A DNA stretch of 62,915 bases, filler included. It is 6 parts of 6 records of this genome, joined end to end, with 100 filler letters (N's around TTAATTAATTAA, not from the genome) between each part and the next. Parts side by side here need not be neighbours in the genome. Positions count along the whole stretch, not along the records: positions 44,803 to 51,436 come from SRR20825019_1924; positions 51,537 to 57,008 come from SRR20825019_1925; positions 57,109 to 62,915 come from SRR20825019_1973; 3 more parts are not named here. One strand, 5' to 3'. A program made the translations under genes and the position numbers. This document shows, piece by piece, positions 47,392-58,505 of this stretch. Below the pieces are notes generated by a model. That model worked only from the letters and a program-made list of their open reading frames with translations. It did no database searches and was not told where the DNA came from. The first letter of the stretch is position 1; every line of letters begins with the position of its first letter.

Positions 47392-49911
47392 TTACTTTCG
47401 CGCCTTGAGTCTTTTCAAGTATCTCTCTCGGGCTGCTGCAACATCAGCTTCCTTATTTGTTCGTGATGTCTTCGCTGCATCCTTTTTTTCTGCTTTCTGC
47501 GCGCCATCATCAACCTAATGGAAATCCGTGAGAACTGGGGTTGTAGATCGAATCTCTAATCATACCTGTTCACGATCGCGTTTTCCGGAACTTGTTTCTC
47601 GCCGGCCAACCAGGCGGCGGACGTCAACATTGTTCAACCTGGGGATAAGTCGGCTTACCCAATCGATATTTATCTTGGACAGGGTCCGCATGAATCCCTT
47701 CGAGGTCCATACTATTTCGTGATAAACTACCACATCCACATCATCCTCGTGGGCCAGGATGGAAGTGGGGTGCGGAGCCACTAGCCTGCCATCCTCACAG
47801 AGCATTCTAAATCCTGTGTCATAAAGGCTCAGACCATAAAATCCACGGCATATTTAAGGGACGTCATACCTCCCGCCCGCCCTTTCCTCGCCGCATTCAT
47901 AAAGAAACCAGCGCATATTGCCTTCAGAATAGCTCTTGGATCCCGAGATCGCCCGATGGATAGCTTTTCTTTCCTAACTATATCAACTATTTGTTCGCGG
48001 ATATCCGACGCTTGCCTCAGAGCCTTATATTGGAAATAATTCTCTTCACACCATGACTTTGACTTCCGCTTATCCAAAAACTTCTCAAAAATGTTCATCA
48101 AGGTTATGTGGTCGCCTGACTCATCCGATAGACGGGCTGTCTTTAGGTCTGCTTCCTTCATCCTCTCGATATTGGTTGGTCTATAGAATACATTTTCTGA
48201 TGACAACATGGCAACAATGCTGATCACGGCATCGGAGCAACCAAGTTGGGCTGATTCAATCACCTGGGGCAGCTGTGAGCATAGAATCCTTATCCGCACA
48301 ACCTCGTTTGGGTGATACTTACGGTACGGGAAAGACTAGGCTCCAAGGGAAAGCTCGCCATTGATCTACCAAGGGTAGTTATGTTTCCGTCAGCATCCAG
48401 CGCTCCGAGGCAGTGCAACTTCACAAAATGTTGCAAGTCAGCACCAACAGAAACAAATGGCGAGCGGATGCGAACCTGCTTCAGAGCTTCAATCATCATA
48501 TCTTCGCTAGGCTTGTCCAGGAAATCAAATCCAATTGTATCGTTGATTCCAAGCATTTTCAAGTACAGCAGCACGTTGCTGAGATTGACTCTCTGAATCT
48601 CCGGAGTAGTGTTTTCAGACATATCCTCCTCGAACTCCGCGCGAGAGTATAACCTGTAGCACTGACCCGGGGCAGTACGACCAGCACGGCTGCACCAGCA
48701 TTAGACATCACGTTACGAGGCTGCGTATGTTCACGTACCCTTCACGCTGCTTTGCAGCGGTTCGAGAAATACGAACCACAGATAGGGCCTCAATCCCTCG
48801 CCGTTGGTCGAAGCTTTTCTCCTTAACCCTACCCGTGTCAACCACATAGAGAACCCCAGGGATCGTAATGGATGTCTCGGCAATATTCGTGGCAACCACG
48901 ACCTTTCTTGTCCTTTGCGGCGCGCTGGCAAACACTTTGGTCTGCACCTGTAAAACAGAATATTAGCGACCAAGTGCAGTATCTACAAATGCGACCGCTG
49001 ACCTCAGGCGGAAGGCTTCCGTAGAGAGGTAGTACTAGCATATCCGGTAGATCTGGGATTTGTTCTTTCATAATTTCCTGTTCCTTACGCAGAGCCGTGC
49101 ACGCCTTTTCGATTTCATCTTGCCCGGTCAGAAACACAAGGATATGCCCCCGTCCTTGATCCCGATGAATCGTCATAACTGTCTCACAAGCCCCTTTCAC
49201 ATAGTCCCTATCGCTCTGTACAGAATGGAAGGTGTGAACGGGGAAGGTTCTGCCCGAAACGTGCATGACAGGGCAGTTGTTCATGTACTTTGAGAATTTT
49301 TCATGGTCGAGGGTGGCGCTTGTCACCAGGACCTTCATATCGCGCCGCTCGTCAAGGGTCTTTTTCATCATTCCCATCAGAATGTCCGTGTGTACGCTGC
49401 GCTCATGCGCCTCGTCCAAAATGACAACATCATATTTAGTGAGCATGGGATCTGCCAGGCACTCTCTCATCAAGCAGCCATCAGTGATATACTAAGATTT
49501 TGAGAATAAGTCTATAGCCATTAGCACTCCGACTTGCAACATACCGTGACTTTCGTTTTCGAACAAGTATTGTCGTCAAAGCGGACAGTATATCCAACCT
49601 CGTCGCCACAAGGAACTCCCATTTCTTGGGACACCCGCCTAGCAGCACTAATGGCCGCCACCCGCCGGGGTTGCGTGACAGCAATGGTTTTTGCCATCCC
49701 TTCCTCAAGTAGATACTGGCAAAGCTGAGTTGTTTTTCTAAAGAAGTTGTGAGTGCGAATATCCTGCCATGAAAACACTCACTTACCCAGATCCTGTTTC
49801 TCCAATCAGAACTAAAACATTGTTAGTCTTAAGAGTCTCTATGATTTTCCCCTTAAACTCTGCAATAGGCAGTTTCTTTCTGTCCTCCTGAAGTTCCTGG
49901 AAAGTGGACAT
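47392..49911 (-). CDS. DEAH-box RNA helicase (DHX40-like), multi-exon
   Basis: LPI..., [40 protein letters not shown]2 and OB-fold segments; short N-terminus and C-terminal AARERYLKR tail suggest DHX40. Confidence 0.9.
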
Positions 49912-50044
49912 GGAAATAAAGATTTCTAAACTTCGATAATTTTTTCTATTGCTGCTCAGGCTATATGTATGTCATTTGAGCCAGCAGGGCTAGAACAGTG
50001 CCAACCAGCTTTGTGATCTAGGTGTGTTCATAGTTCCTTAGGAT

Positions 50045-50560
50045 GTTGCCCGAGCCGCGCTGCCGACCGGGCTCGGGCCGGCCGGCGCGTCCCGCCCCGG
50101 GGGGGGGGGGCAGGGCCGACGCGGCGCCACTCACCGTTCGGGCACGTGGCGTCGCCCGCCCAGCTCGACGGCCGGCCGCGCCGCCGGGGGTAGGCGGGGC
50201 GGCCGGCCGGGCCCCGCCCGCGTCAGGCACGGCGGCGGGGGCGGATGGCGGGCCCGGGCGCCGACGCGCGGCACTGGCACCGCCCGGCGCGAGGCCCGCG
50301 TCCGGCCGCCTGACTTGACCCGGTGCGGCCCCGCCCGGCCGGCCGGACCGGAGCTGCGGGCCGCCCGTCAGTCGGGAGGCCGACGGCGGCCCGCCGGCCC
50401 CGTGGGCCGCGCGGGGCGCGCCTGAGTGCGGCCTCCGCCCGAGCGGCGGGCAGGGGCCGCCCGCCGCCGGCACGCTCGCCAGCCCCGGTCGGCGTGCCGT
50501 GCGCCCGGCCGGGCCCCTACTACTACTTGTCGCGCCTGCGGTGGGCAACGGCCCCACCTG
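50045..50560. promoter_or_regulatory. GC-rich island between divergent genes
   Basis: Between the DEAH helicase (-) and the small membrane gene (+). Confidence 0.55.
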
Positions 50561-50670
50561 GCTTTTGCTCCGGCCTCCAAAAAGTGCTCAGTGCCCCGTG
50601 CCCAGCTCCTTGGAAGTATTTATTTTAGAATCGCCACTTCTATCATCAAAACGTGTTTCTGCCACCAATC

Positions 50671-51135
50671 ATGGCCTTCACAATTTTGCGTTTGGTTGGA
50701 CTTATTGCTGTATTGTCGGGGATGGGACTTTTCTTCACTCCAAAGCTTGCAGTTCAGAGCATAAAACCTCTTAGTAGCGACGGTGAACTGTTTATGAAGG
50801 AGTTCGGTAGTGCGATGACAGGTGGGTGTCCAAGTCACAGATAACAAGTATATTCATGACTCGGCTGACGAGCCTGTTTGGTAGCATTGGGAGTCATCAC
50901 GTTCCTGACTGCATCTGCGCCGATATACGTGCAGTCAAGGGTCAGCGCAGCTTTGACGCTGTTCTTAGCTATGATGACTTCCCTGCGATATGAGGAGGAA
51001 AATGGATTCATCGACCCGGTTTTGGACCCCTCCGTGCTAACGGGGGAGTTCTATGGTCTCGGTGGTGCTACCATATTCTTCGCTTTATATACATTGTGGT
51101 TGTTGCAAAGTGGATCTAAGGCGAAGGTGGACTAA
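50671..51135 (+). CDS. Small 4-TM membrane protein, one intron
   Basis: MAFTILRLVGLIAVLSGMGLFF...AMT [intron about 50822-50884] ALGVITFL...SGSKAKVD*; Lys-rich tail resembles an ER-retrieval signal. Confidence 0.6.
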
Positions 51136-51436
51136 TCAAGCCGATGGGAACTGGATGTTCGTGATCCATTAGTCTGTGAAGTGGCGGCCAAGATCAGGCC
51201 ATCTTTGAGTGCCGCACTGAGGGTACTTATTGGTCACCCGTCTAAGATCATGGCATTCAGTTACGTCGTCCACGGCGGTCGGAGACAAGTGCCTCATAAA
51301 GGAAGCGAGACCATACATAGGGTTCTGGTTAGTCTAACAGCGGAACAGCAGTGCCGTTGCATAATTGAGATATCTATTCAGTATTCTGAAACAAAACGAT
51401 AGAATTTGAAGGTCGATCGTCTGACCCCCAACTCCA

Positions 51437-51536
51437 NNNNNNNNNNNNNNNNNNNNNNNNNNNNNNNNNNNNNNNNNNNNTTAATTAATTAANNNNNNNN
51501 NNNNNNNNNNNNNNNNNNNNNNNNNNNNNNNNNNNN
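51437..51536. other. Artificial contig spacer
   Basis: N44-TTAATTAATTAA-N44. Confidence 0.98.
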
Positions 51537-51911
51537 TGTAGGTAGTTCACCGTTGTCAGTAGTGCCGCCCTCCCGGGTGTTTTTTCTACACTTCATTAGA
51601 TTTTTGCCCAGTTTCTAAGTTTTTAACCCCACTTTTCTAATGCCGATTTTCTTATAGTGCCGTTTGACCGATTTTTGAAATTGAGGGTTGTTTTAGAATG
51701 GTTGTTGTTTACCACACGGTCCAAATGTCACCCAATTCATCGCTCAGAACTTATTTTAATTAAGTAACCTTGCTTGAATGATGTTATTGTTTTTAATAAC
51801 TTGAAGTGTCGTCCCTATTATTCATACATTTTCCCCCTCCTTTGTTCTCGTCCAAAAAAAAACACCAAGTTTAAATTTGTTATTTAGCTCAAACGTAATT
51901 ACCACAACACA

Positions 51912-53435
51912 ATGAACAGTGCTATTGCAATCGAAGCAGCACAATCGAAAGGTGGCGGAGGTGTCATACATCAAGATGTTTCCAACCCCAAGATTCATCA
52001 TCAAGATGTGGGTGGTTCTGAGGATAGTAATGCTGCCCTAGGTGGTCTATTATTCTTCTCCCAGCGAATGCGTCTCAAGCCCATTGTCACAATGACAGCA
52101 GGCCAACGCAATAGTCGCGATGGTGGGAGTAGTAGTCGCTTCCGAAACAGTGGGAGTGGTCAAAGCGATGAAGATGCTAAGACTGGAAGGGTTGGCCTTC
52201 ACAATAACCACCTGCACCCAATCAGCCGCCCCCACCATCACCACGTTGATGTCACAACCACAGTAGTAGGTAATGCTGCTGGTCCTAGCCCCACCTCTAC
52301 TTCTCACCAACGGACAATGTACCCCCGTTCTCACTACACAGAGGAAGATAACTCCACCTACACAAATTCAACCCAGATAGCAAATCCCTCCTCCACCAGC
52401 GAAAGTCCTCTACGCAGCTCCACAAACGCAATGATTGTAAAGAATGGTCGTGGTGGCGGTGATGTAGGGAATTATGATGTATCATCCACCACCACAACAG
52501 CGGCGTCTGGAAATATGGTAGCTGGACTAGCATCCACTGCATCGTGGCCCTCAGTACAAATGCAGAGGGCGCCTATGCAGGATACTAATGTTGTCACCAC
52601 GTTGGCCACAGAGGGTGGGTGTATCTTGTATTCGAGGGGTATCGCCGCCACCACCACTGGAACCCGCCACCACTTCTCACCCCCAGCAGCAGCCGTGTCA
52701 CGAAAAACCATCTCCACCACATTGCCCCATCACCACAACAACCAACAACACCAACACCAACATCGTGGCCATCATCAACAACAGTCAAGTGGCGACACTG
52801 CTAGCAGTACTAGCTACAAGCCTATCCCCACTTTTGAAAGTGTGGATACGGCCTTTGCGTCATCCTCGACTACAAATTCGAAGAGCACCAACAGCGCGAA
52901 TAGTAAGCAGCGCAGAACACCAGATGCGCTGTCGCCTGGGTCTGGCTTTAGTATGTGCTCTCAAACGCCCTACATGGAACACCGCACCTCCGAGACTTCA
53001 TCCGTTGCGAACAGTAACCCTCGAACCTTCGAATTCTCATCATCAAAACTGATCAGTGGAAGCGAAAAAAAATTCGTTGGCTCACGTTTCAGTGGTAGTA
53101 GTGGCAGTGGAAAAAAGAGTAGTGGCACGAACAACAATACCCCAAATAAAAAAAGTAGGATCGGAGGTGTTGCTATTGCTGGGATGATGAAAGTGGCGTG
53201 TGACACATCCACCCCACTATCATCTTCTGTGTACCGTGGTGCAGAATCAGCAACACCGTCCTCCTTTAAGTATGGCAGGCAGCAACATCAACAACATCAG
53301 CAACAGGGAAGCTTCTCTCAAGATAGTTGTGGTTGGGAACGTAGGAAAAGCGCAGACCATGAGGACTTACCGCAACATCAAAACCTGTTGCCACCAACAC
53401 ACAAATCAGCCGCCTCAACCACACCGCCCATATGA
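51912..53435 (+). CDS. Low-complexity S/T/H/Q-rich hypothetical protein
   Basis: 507-aa ORF flanked by AT-rich DNA; no recognisable domain. Confidence 0.55.
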   Translation: MNSAIAIEAAQSKGGGGVIHQDVSNPKIHHQDVGGSEDSNAALGGLLFFSQRMRLKPIVTMTAGQRNSRDGGSSSRFRNSGSGQSDEDAKTGRVGLHNNHLHPISRPHHHHVDVTTTVVGNAAGPSPTSTSHQRTMYPRSHYTEEDNSTYTNSTQIANPSSTSESPLRSSTNAMIVKNGRGGGDVGNYDVSSTTTTAASGNMVAGLASTASWPSVQMQRAPMQDTNVVTTLATEGGCILYSRGIAATTTGTRHHFSPPAAAVSRKTISTTLPHHHNNQQHQHQHRGHHQQQSSGDTASSTSYKPIPTFESVDTAFASSSTTNSKSTNSANSKQRRTPDALSPGSGFSMCSQTPYMEHRTSETSSVANSNPRTFEFSSSKLISGSEKKFVGSRFSGSSGSGKKSSGTNNNTPNKKSRIGGVAIAGMMKVACDTSTPLSSSVYRGAESATPSSFKYGRQQHQQHQQQGSFSQDSCGWERRKSADHEDLPQHQNLLPPTHKSAASTTPPI

Positions 53436-54305
53436 TAGCATGATTGCACAGCGCAGTCATTTATTTCTCCTTTCACTCTCTCCCTTCATTTTTTGGCGAA
53501 CTACTTGGAGAAATAATCGTCGTCCTGACTACAACTAAAAACAGAGCAAAGATAGGTGATGTGGAAACAATTTATGCAAATTATCGCTCGTGGTACATCC
53601 TTCATTTTACTTCACTTTACCACTACACACTTTGCCCTCATATTCTTTATCATTTATATTTTATTACATTTAAATATGATGGCTCATTTCAGTTTTATCG
53701 ACTCACTCCGAGAGTGTTTTATCGCTAGAAGTGTGCTATTCTGGAAATGTACCACATCCCCTCTCTTTCTATAAATCCCTTCACCCCACGGAAAGAGGTT
53801 AGTGGGATGATGGTTTTTGTGTTTTATATTATTTATTTTTACCTTCGTTCATCGTTGTATATTATCATTTTTATGTGTCTGCTACGCCAACTTCTCTGAC
53901 AATGCACTGCAATCGCATTTCGGATAGTGTTTTAGATCTAACATGATAAATAATAATGATGACGGGGATTGTGACCTCCATAACTCGATTTACAACACCA
54001 AGCAAAGAACCTAAAGCAAAAGTCTGTGGGGCCACTTCCTTCAAACTGCGGGCGAGAATAATATATTCTCACATGTGTTGATTGATTGGTTGGTTATGGA
54101 GACCGTTTTTCGAGGATAAACGGTTTCCGGTCATAAAAAAACGTACGCGTTTGGTTTTATCTTTTCGTGTTTTATTTTAAATTTTTTATTTAAAATTCTA
54201 AAAAGAATAATGAACTCTATGTATCTTTGATGCTTAAACATGACTTTTATTATTTTACTTCAACCTTCCTATCCTTATTTTCTGCAACCTTTGAGAACAA
54301 AACAA

Positions 54306-55997
54306 ATGCAACCATCTACAACTGCGAAGAAGGAAGAAACGTCGATGCGACACCGCATCCTAAAGGAGTATCTGACCGCTGTAAGAAATCCAACTACAAC
54401 ACATTTACAACACCAACGACAACCCACTACTAGCTTTACACCAACCACACATAATACAACAGAAACCAAGAAGTTGGATGACAGAGGGGAGAAGGGTGGG
54501 GGAGATGATGCAAGTGCGGTGGTGGTGTCACCGCTTGACGACCTATGTCGCTTTTCACTAAACATGAGAAATAAGCCAATTGTCAACATCAATAGGGACG
54601 ATGACGACGATGAGCACTTGAGAGGAAATTTTAATGGTCATTTTGAATCTGGTGGAAATCGTGTTGCGGCGATGGTTGATGATGCCACACCCAAATCTAC
54701 ACCCAAAGATAATGGTCAGATCTTGCATCATAGCCAACAACCACCACGTAGAGGTCCCCAAGCAGTAGCTGATAGCAATATTAACGCTGCCCAACCACCA
54801 TCATCAGTATATAGGGGCGGGGGCAATAGAAGTCCGCAAGCAGCAGCAGGAGTCCTTGGCAGTGCAGCCTCCTCTGGTGGGGGTAGTAAAGCATGGGTTC
54901 AAGGCAACTCTTGGAGCTTGGCCTCATCATTTACGCCTGTCTCTACGTTGTTATCGCGAGTAGCTCCTGGTGGTCATAACATACTATATTCAAGGGAGAC
55001 TGCAGCCGTCCAGCCAGCATCAATCCCTCCTCCTCCCCATCATCACCACCACCACGATGAGGCTAGTTGTAGTGGCATCACCAACAACAGGGACCGGGCT
55101 CGGGAGCAGGACCAGCCAATCCCTGTACTTTACCAATACGTTCCGGGTGGTACTGATGCATTCGTTTCCATGTCTACAAACTACACAGCAACAACCATGT
55201 CAACGACGATAATAGATGTGGTGGAGACCCCGACTGATGGTGGGGGGCTGGTGGCGGGAGAATCGGTCCATGTAGGCGGTGGTAGCTATCAGCAGCAATC
55301 TCATGAGCGGCAATCCGTCGAGGGACGACACTATGACCCTCATAATAGGATGTTAGATAATCGTCGACACCAGCAGCCACCAAGGTCAAATCAACCTACT
55401 TGTAGTGATGGCGGCGACACCACCAAGTCGTGTTTAACAGGCCATCATCCCCACAATAGCAATGGTCAACAACACCAATCATCGGTGGATGGTAGTGGTG
55501 TTACACTCTCCCCCGGATCTGGCTTCAGCATGTTCTCATATCCCCCCTCTACGATGACAACAACCTTAACCAAGCCAAATAACATGGCGCCATCGACTTT
55601 ATCGGAAATGAAAATAGAGGATAGTGGCGAGGGTGTTTCATCTCTATCGTTGCCGCAGGTCGGGCTATCCCTAACCTCCAAAACATCAGGCAATCGCTAT
55701 ACACTCCAAGCAGAAAAAACCAGCTTGGCAATGCCAGTATGCCACCGACCCACCACAACAACAACTACATCAATAACTTCGCCATCCAAACCCAATCTTA
55801 CAACAACTTCTGTGACAGCCCCGACGCCTGAGTCTAATATACTTCCCCAAAAACAACCACGACATTCACAGGAGTATACGTGTGAGTATGACGACGACCG
55901 TACGCCAAGTGGCGACAGCGGTGGATGGGTGTTGGGAGGTGGGGATGATGACCCTTTGCATTTGGGACATGGGGGGGTATGTAAGTTAGACGTTTGA
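54306..55997 (+). CDS. Low-complexity hypothetical protein, paralogous to 51912-53435
   Basis: Long ORF (start taken at MQPSTT; the track starts at 54240); shares ILYSR, LSPGSGFSM, SSVYRG and KPIV blocks with the upstream ORF. Confidence 0.55.
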   Translation: MQPSTTAKKEETSMRHRILKEYLTAVRNPTTTHLQHQRQPTTSFTPTTHNTTETKKLDDRGEKGGGDDASAVVVSPLDDLCRFSLNMRNKPIVNINRDDDDDEHLRGNFNGHFESGGNRVAAMVDDATPKSTPKDNGQILHHSQQPPRRGPQAVADSNINAAQPPSSVYRGGGNRSPQAAAGVLGSAASSGGGSKAWVQGNSWSLASSFTPVSTLLSRVAPGGHNILYSRETAAVQPASIPPPPHHHHHHDEASCSGITNNRDRAREQDQPIPVLYQYVPGGTDAFVSMSTNYTATTMSTTIIDVVETPTDGGGLVAGESVHVGGGSYQQQSHERQSVEGRHYDPHNRMLDNRRHQQPPRSNQPTCSDGGDTTKSCLTGHHPHNSNGQQHQSSVDGSGVTLSPGSGFSMFSYPPSTMTTTLTKPNNMAPSTLSEMKIEDSGEGVSSLSLPQVGLSLTSKTSGNRYTLQAEKTSLAMPVCHRPTTTTTTSITSPSKPNLTTTSVTAPTPESNILPQKQPRHSQEYTCEYDDDRTPSGDSGGWVLGGGDDDPLHLGHGGVCKLDV

Positions 55998-56129
55998 TCA
56001 TCACAGCCACATCAGATAGTACTAGTAACACTACTCCATTAGCAGACACTGCCAGCCTCCTCCAACCCCAAATCAACTAGTCATGACCAAAACTAGCACG
56101 CGGCCACCACCAACTTTCCACCTGACCTT

Positions 56130-56530
56130 GAACCTCCACGCCCGTTGCTTGTGTTCGACCTTGACGGTCTCTTTTGTATGCGCCCGCTCGCCATAACCAC
56201 CACAACAACAGCGACCACAATACTCACAGTGACAACTCTAGCAACACCGAATCGTAGCAACAATAAAAAACAACACCACCGTCATCACTAGCACCAACTT
56301 CTACCTTTTTAATCAAGCCAATCTACAGGCACTTGCGAGGAGACCTTCTATAAGAACAATAGTATATACGAACTGCATGACACTATGCGAAGGTTGTTAG
56401 ACCTCAAAAGGAGATGGAAGTACACCCCTGACCAACGACCTGCAAATTCTTGGCCAGCACAACGAAGTGGTACTTGTCGACTACACTGCCTAGTAGTTGC
56501 ATCCTCCAACCCAACAACCTACTCTCCGAC
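56130..56530 (+). pseudogene. Possible fragmented NIF/FCP1-like HAD phosphatase relic
   Basis: PRPLLVFDLDGLF (motif I-like), then in shifted frames LDLKRRW, NEVVLVDY and CILQPNNL, separated by stops/frameshifts. Confidence 0.3.
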
Positions 56531-57008
56531 ACCCGCACTCCTACATCTAGCAGACGATATCTCAGATTGCATATAAATGAGATGAAGGCTAATATCACCA
56601 CCACTGCTGACAGTACGTATTTAAGTAGCCTCTACTATTATACGTTACTACCATCTCCCACTCACATTTTATACAACCTCAGGAAGTAGTGCTCGCTCGT
56701 AACACAACAAACACTTCATGGCAGTGTTTAGACTTCCCTAATGTTGATGAAGGTGTGAAGATGAGAATGTGGTTGTCAGTCAATGATGCAACACCAACCC
56801 CTGGCGAGGACCTCAAATGTACGACTGTTTCTTTTGTAAATCTGAATATCTACTACAATTCGAATTCAGTTTCACAATTTTTTTTAAAAAGTTGTGGGCT
56901 GTTTTCCATTTTTGGGGATCCCTTTTCGTGAGAGCCTTTAAAATAATAATTATTACCTTATTATTATCATCACATTTTATTTTGAGAGCCTGCGTAGTGG
57001 ATTGGAGG

Positions 57009-57108
57009 NNNNNNNNNNNNNNNNNNNNNNNNNNNNNNNNNNNNNNNNNNNNTTAATTAATTAANNNNNNNNNNNNNNNNNNNNNNNNNNNNNNNNNNNN
57101 NNNNNNNN
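57009..57108. other. Artificial contig spacer
   Basis: N44-TTAATTAATTAA-N44. Confidence 0.98.
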
Positions 57109-57168
57109 AGCGTTAACAAACCACGTCTTTGCCACAAAATATGGGCTCTGACTATGGCAAGCACACAC

Positions 57169-57200
57169 AAAAAACCACCCGGCCTGACAAGACCGGATGG
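57169..57200 (-). terminator. Rho-independent terminator of the dehydrogenase gene
   Basis: On the minus strand: CCATCCGG-loop-CCGGGTGG followed by TTTTTT. Confidence 0.65.
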
Positions 57201-57245
57201 CAAAGTTTGTCATCATGCCAAAAAGCATGATGCGGGGGTTATTCA

Positions 57246-58328
57246 TCAGTCCTCGAGGCTGAAGTAGCGACCGAAACGGTTGGCAAGGAAATCATCAAGC
57301 GAAACCTGCTCCTGCCGGATATATCCCTTGCCCGCCAGTTTGCCGGTCAGGACCATATCCATCACCGCACAAAGCCCGGCCGACGTCGTGATCTGGATCG
57401 CCGACCAGTTCCTGCCACCGATTGCCGTGCCATGAACCTTGCGGATAAAGTTTTCCTCGCAAAGCTCGCCATCGCGGGTACCAATTGCATCGGCAAAAAT
57501 CACGATCACGTCCTGACTTGTGATCGGCAGCGACTTTTCAAAGATCTCCTTCATCAGATCGGGGCGCTTGCCAAGCCCAAGGTCTTCGATCAGGATTTTC
57601 AGGATTTCCTGATGCCCGGGGTAACGCACGGTCTTGTAGTCAAGGTTTTCGACCTTGCCTTCCAGCATGTCACAAAGCGCACCGACCCCGCCCGATGTAT
57701 TGAATGCCTCGTATTCGGTGCCATCGATGGTGAAACGCTCATATCCTTCAAGCGGCAGAACCTCGATCCGCTTGCCCTTGTGGATGGCTTCGCACGGGTT
57801 CAGATATTCGTTGATCAGACCATCCGTCGACCATGTCAGGTTGTATTTCAACCGGTTGGTCGGGTTTTGCGGCAGGGCACCGACGCGCAGGCGCAGGTTC
57901 TGAACGCTATCAAACCGCTTGAACAGATCATGTGCCGCAATCGAAATAAAGCCCGGTGCCAAACCACATTGCGGCACAAACGCCCCATCGGCATCCTTGG
58001 CAATATTACGAATGGCACGGGTGGTTTCAACATCTTCGGTGACATCAAAATAAGATGCCCCAACACTGCGCGCCACACGCGCAATCGCGACATTAAGGTA
58101 AAACGGACAGGTTGACAGGATTGCATCATGGCCTTTGGCCACTTCCGTCAATGCCGCCTCGTCGGTGACATCAACCTTGACCAGCGTTGCCGCATCATCC
58201 TTGGCACAAATTTCAAGCATATGCCCGTTGGAATCCGCCAGCGTCACCGCATATTCGCCACTTTCACGCAGCATGACAGCAGCAATACGACCGATTTTAC
58301 CTGCCCCAAGGATCAGAACTTTTTTCAT
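57246..58328 (-). CDS. Saccharopine dehydrogenase family protein (L-lysine 6-dehydrogenase-like)
   Basis: GAGKIG Rossmann motif, YFDVTED, PQCGLAPG, LRVGALP, YNLTWSTDGLINEY, EAFNTSGG, YKTVRYPGH; GGGAG RBS before MKKVLIL. Confidence 0.9.
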   Translation of the reverse strand: MKKVLILGAGKIGRIAAVMLRESGEYAVTLADSNGHMLEICAKDDAATLVKVDVTDEAALTEVAKGHDAILSTCPFYLNVAIARVARSVGASYFDVTEDVETTRAIRNIAKDADGAFVPQCGLAPGFISIAAHDLFKRFDSVQNLRLRVGALPQNPTNRLKYNLTWSTDGLINEYLNPCEAIHKGKRIEVLPLEGYERFTIDGTEYEAFNTSGGVGALCDMLEGKVENLDYKTVRYPGHQEILKILIEDLGLGKRPDLMKEIFEKSLPITSQDVIVIFADAIGTRDGELCEENFIRKVHGTAIGGRNWSAIQITTSAGLCAVMDMVLTGKLAGKGYIRQEQVSLDDFLANRFGRYFSLED

Positions 58329-58505
58329 TTCAGCAAACTCCCATTTTGACGCCTTTGACCGCATATGATGCGTGGCCCCGCCTGATTACGGCCCTGATAA
58401 CGTTATTGTTATGCTGTCTTGATGGTCTTCCGCTGGACTGCCGGTTACAACCCGGCGATACTGTCATTTCTCATGATTTAACCGTTAAAATCACGGGCTA
58501 CACCG

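Noticed and set aside
54102-54124. Short inverted repeat ACCGTTT...AAACGGT upstream of an ORF
   Set aside because: 7-bp stem, single occurrence, no supporting context.
24555-57108. Five copies of TTAATTAATTAA within N runs; apparent bacteria-eukaryote mosaic
   Set aside because: Artificial concatenation spacers; adjacency of contigs is not evidence of HGT.
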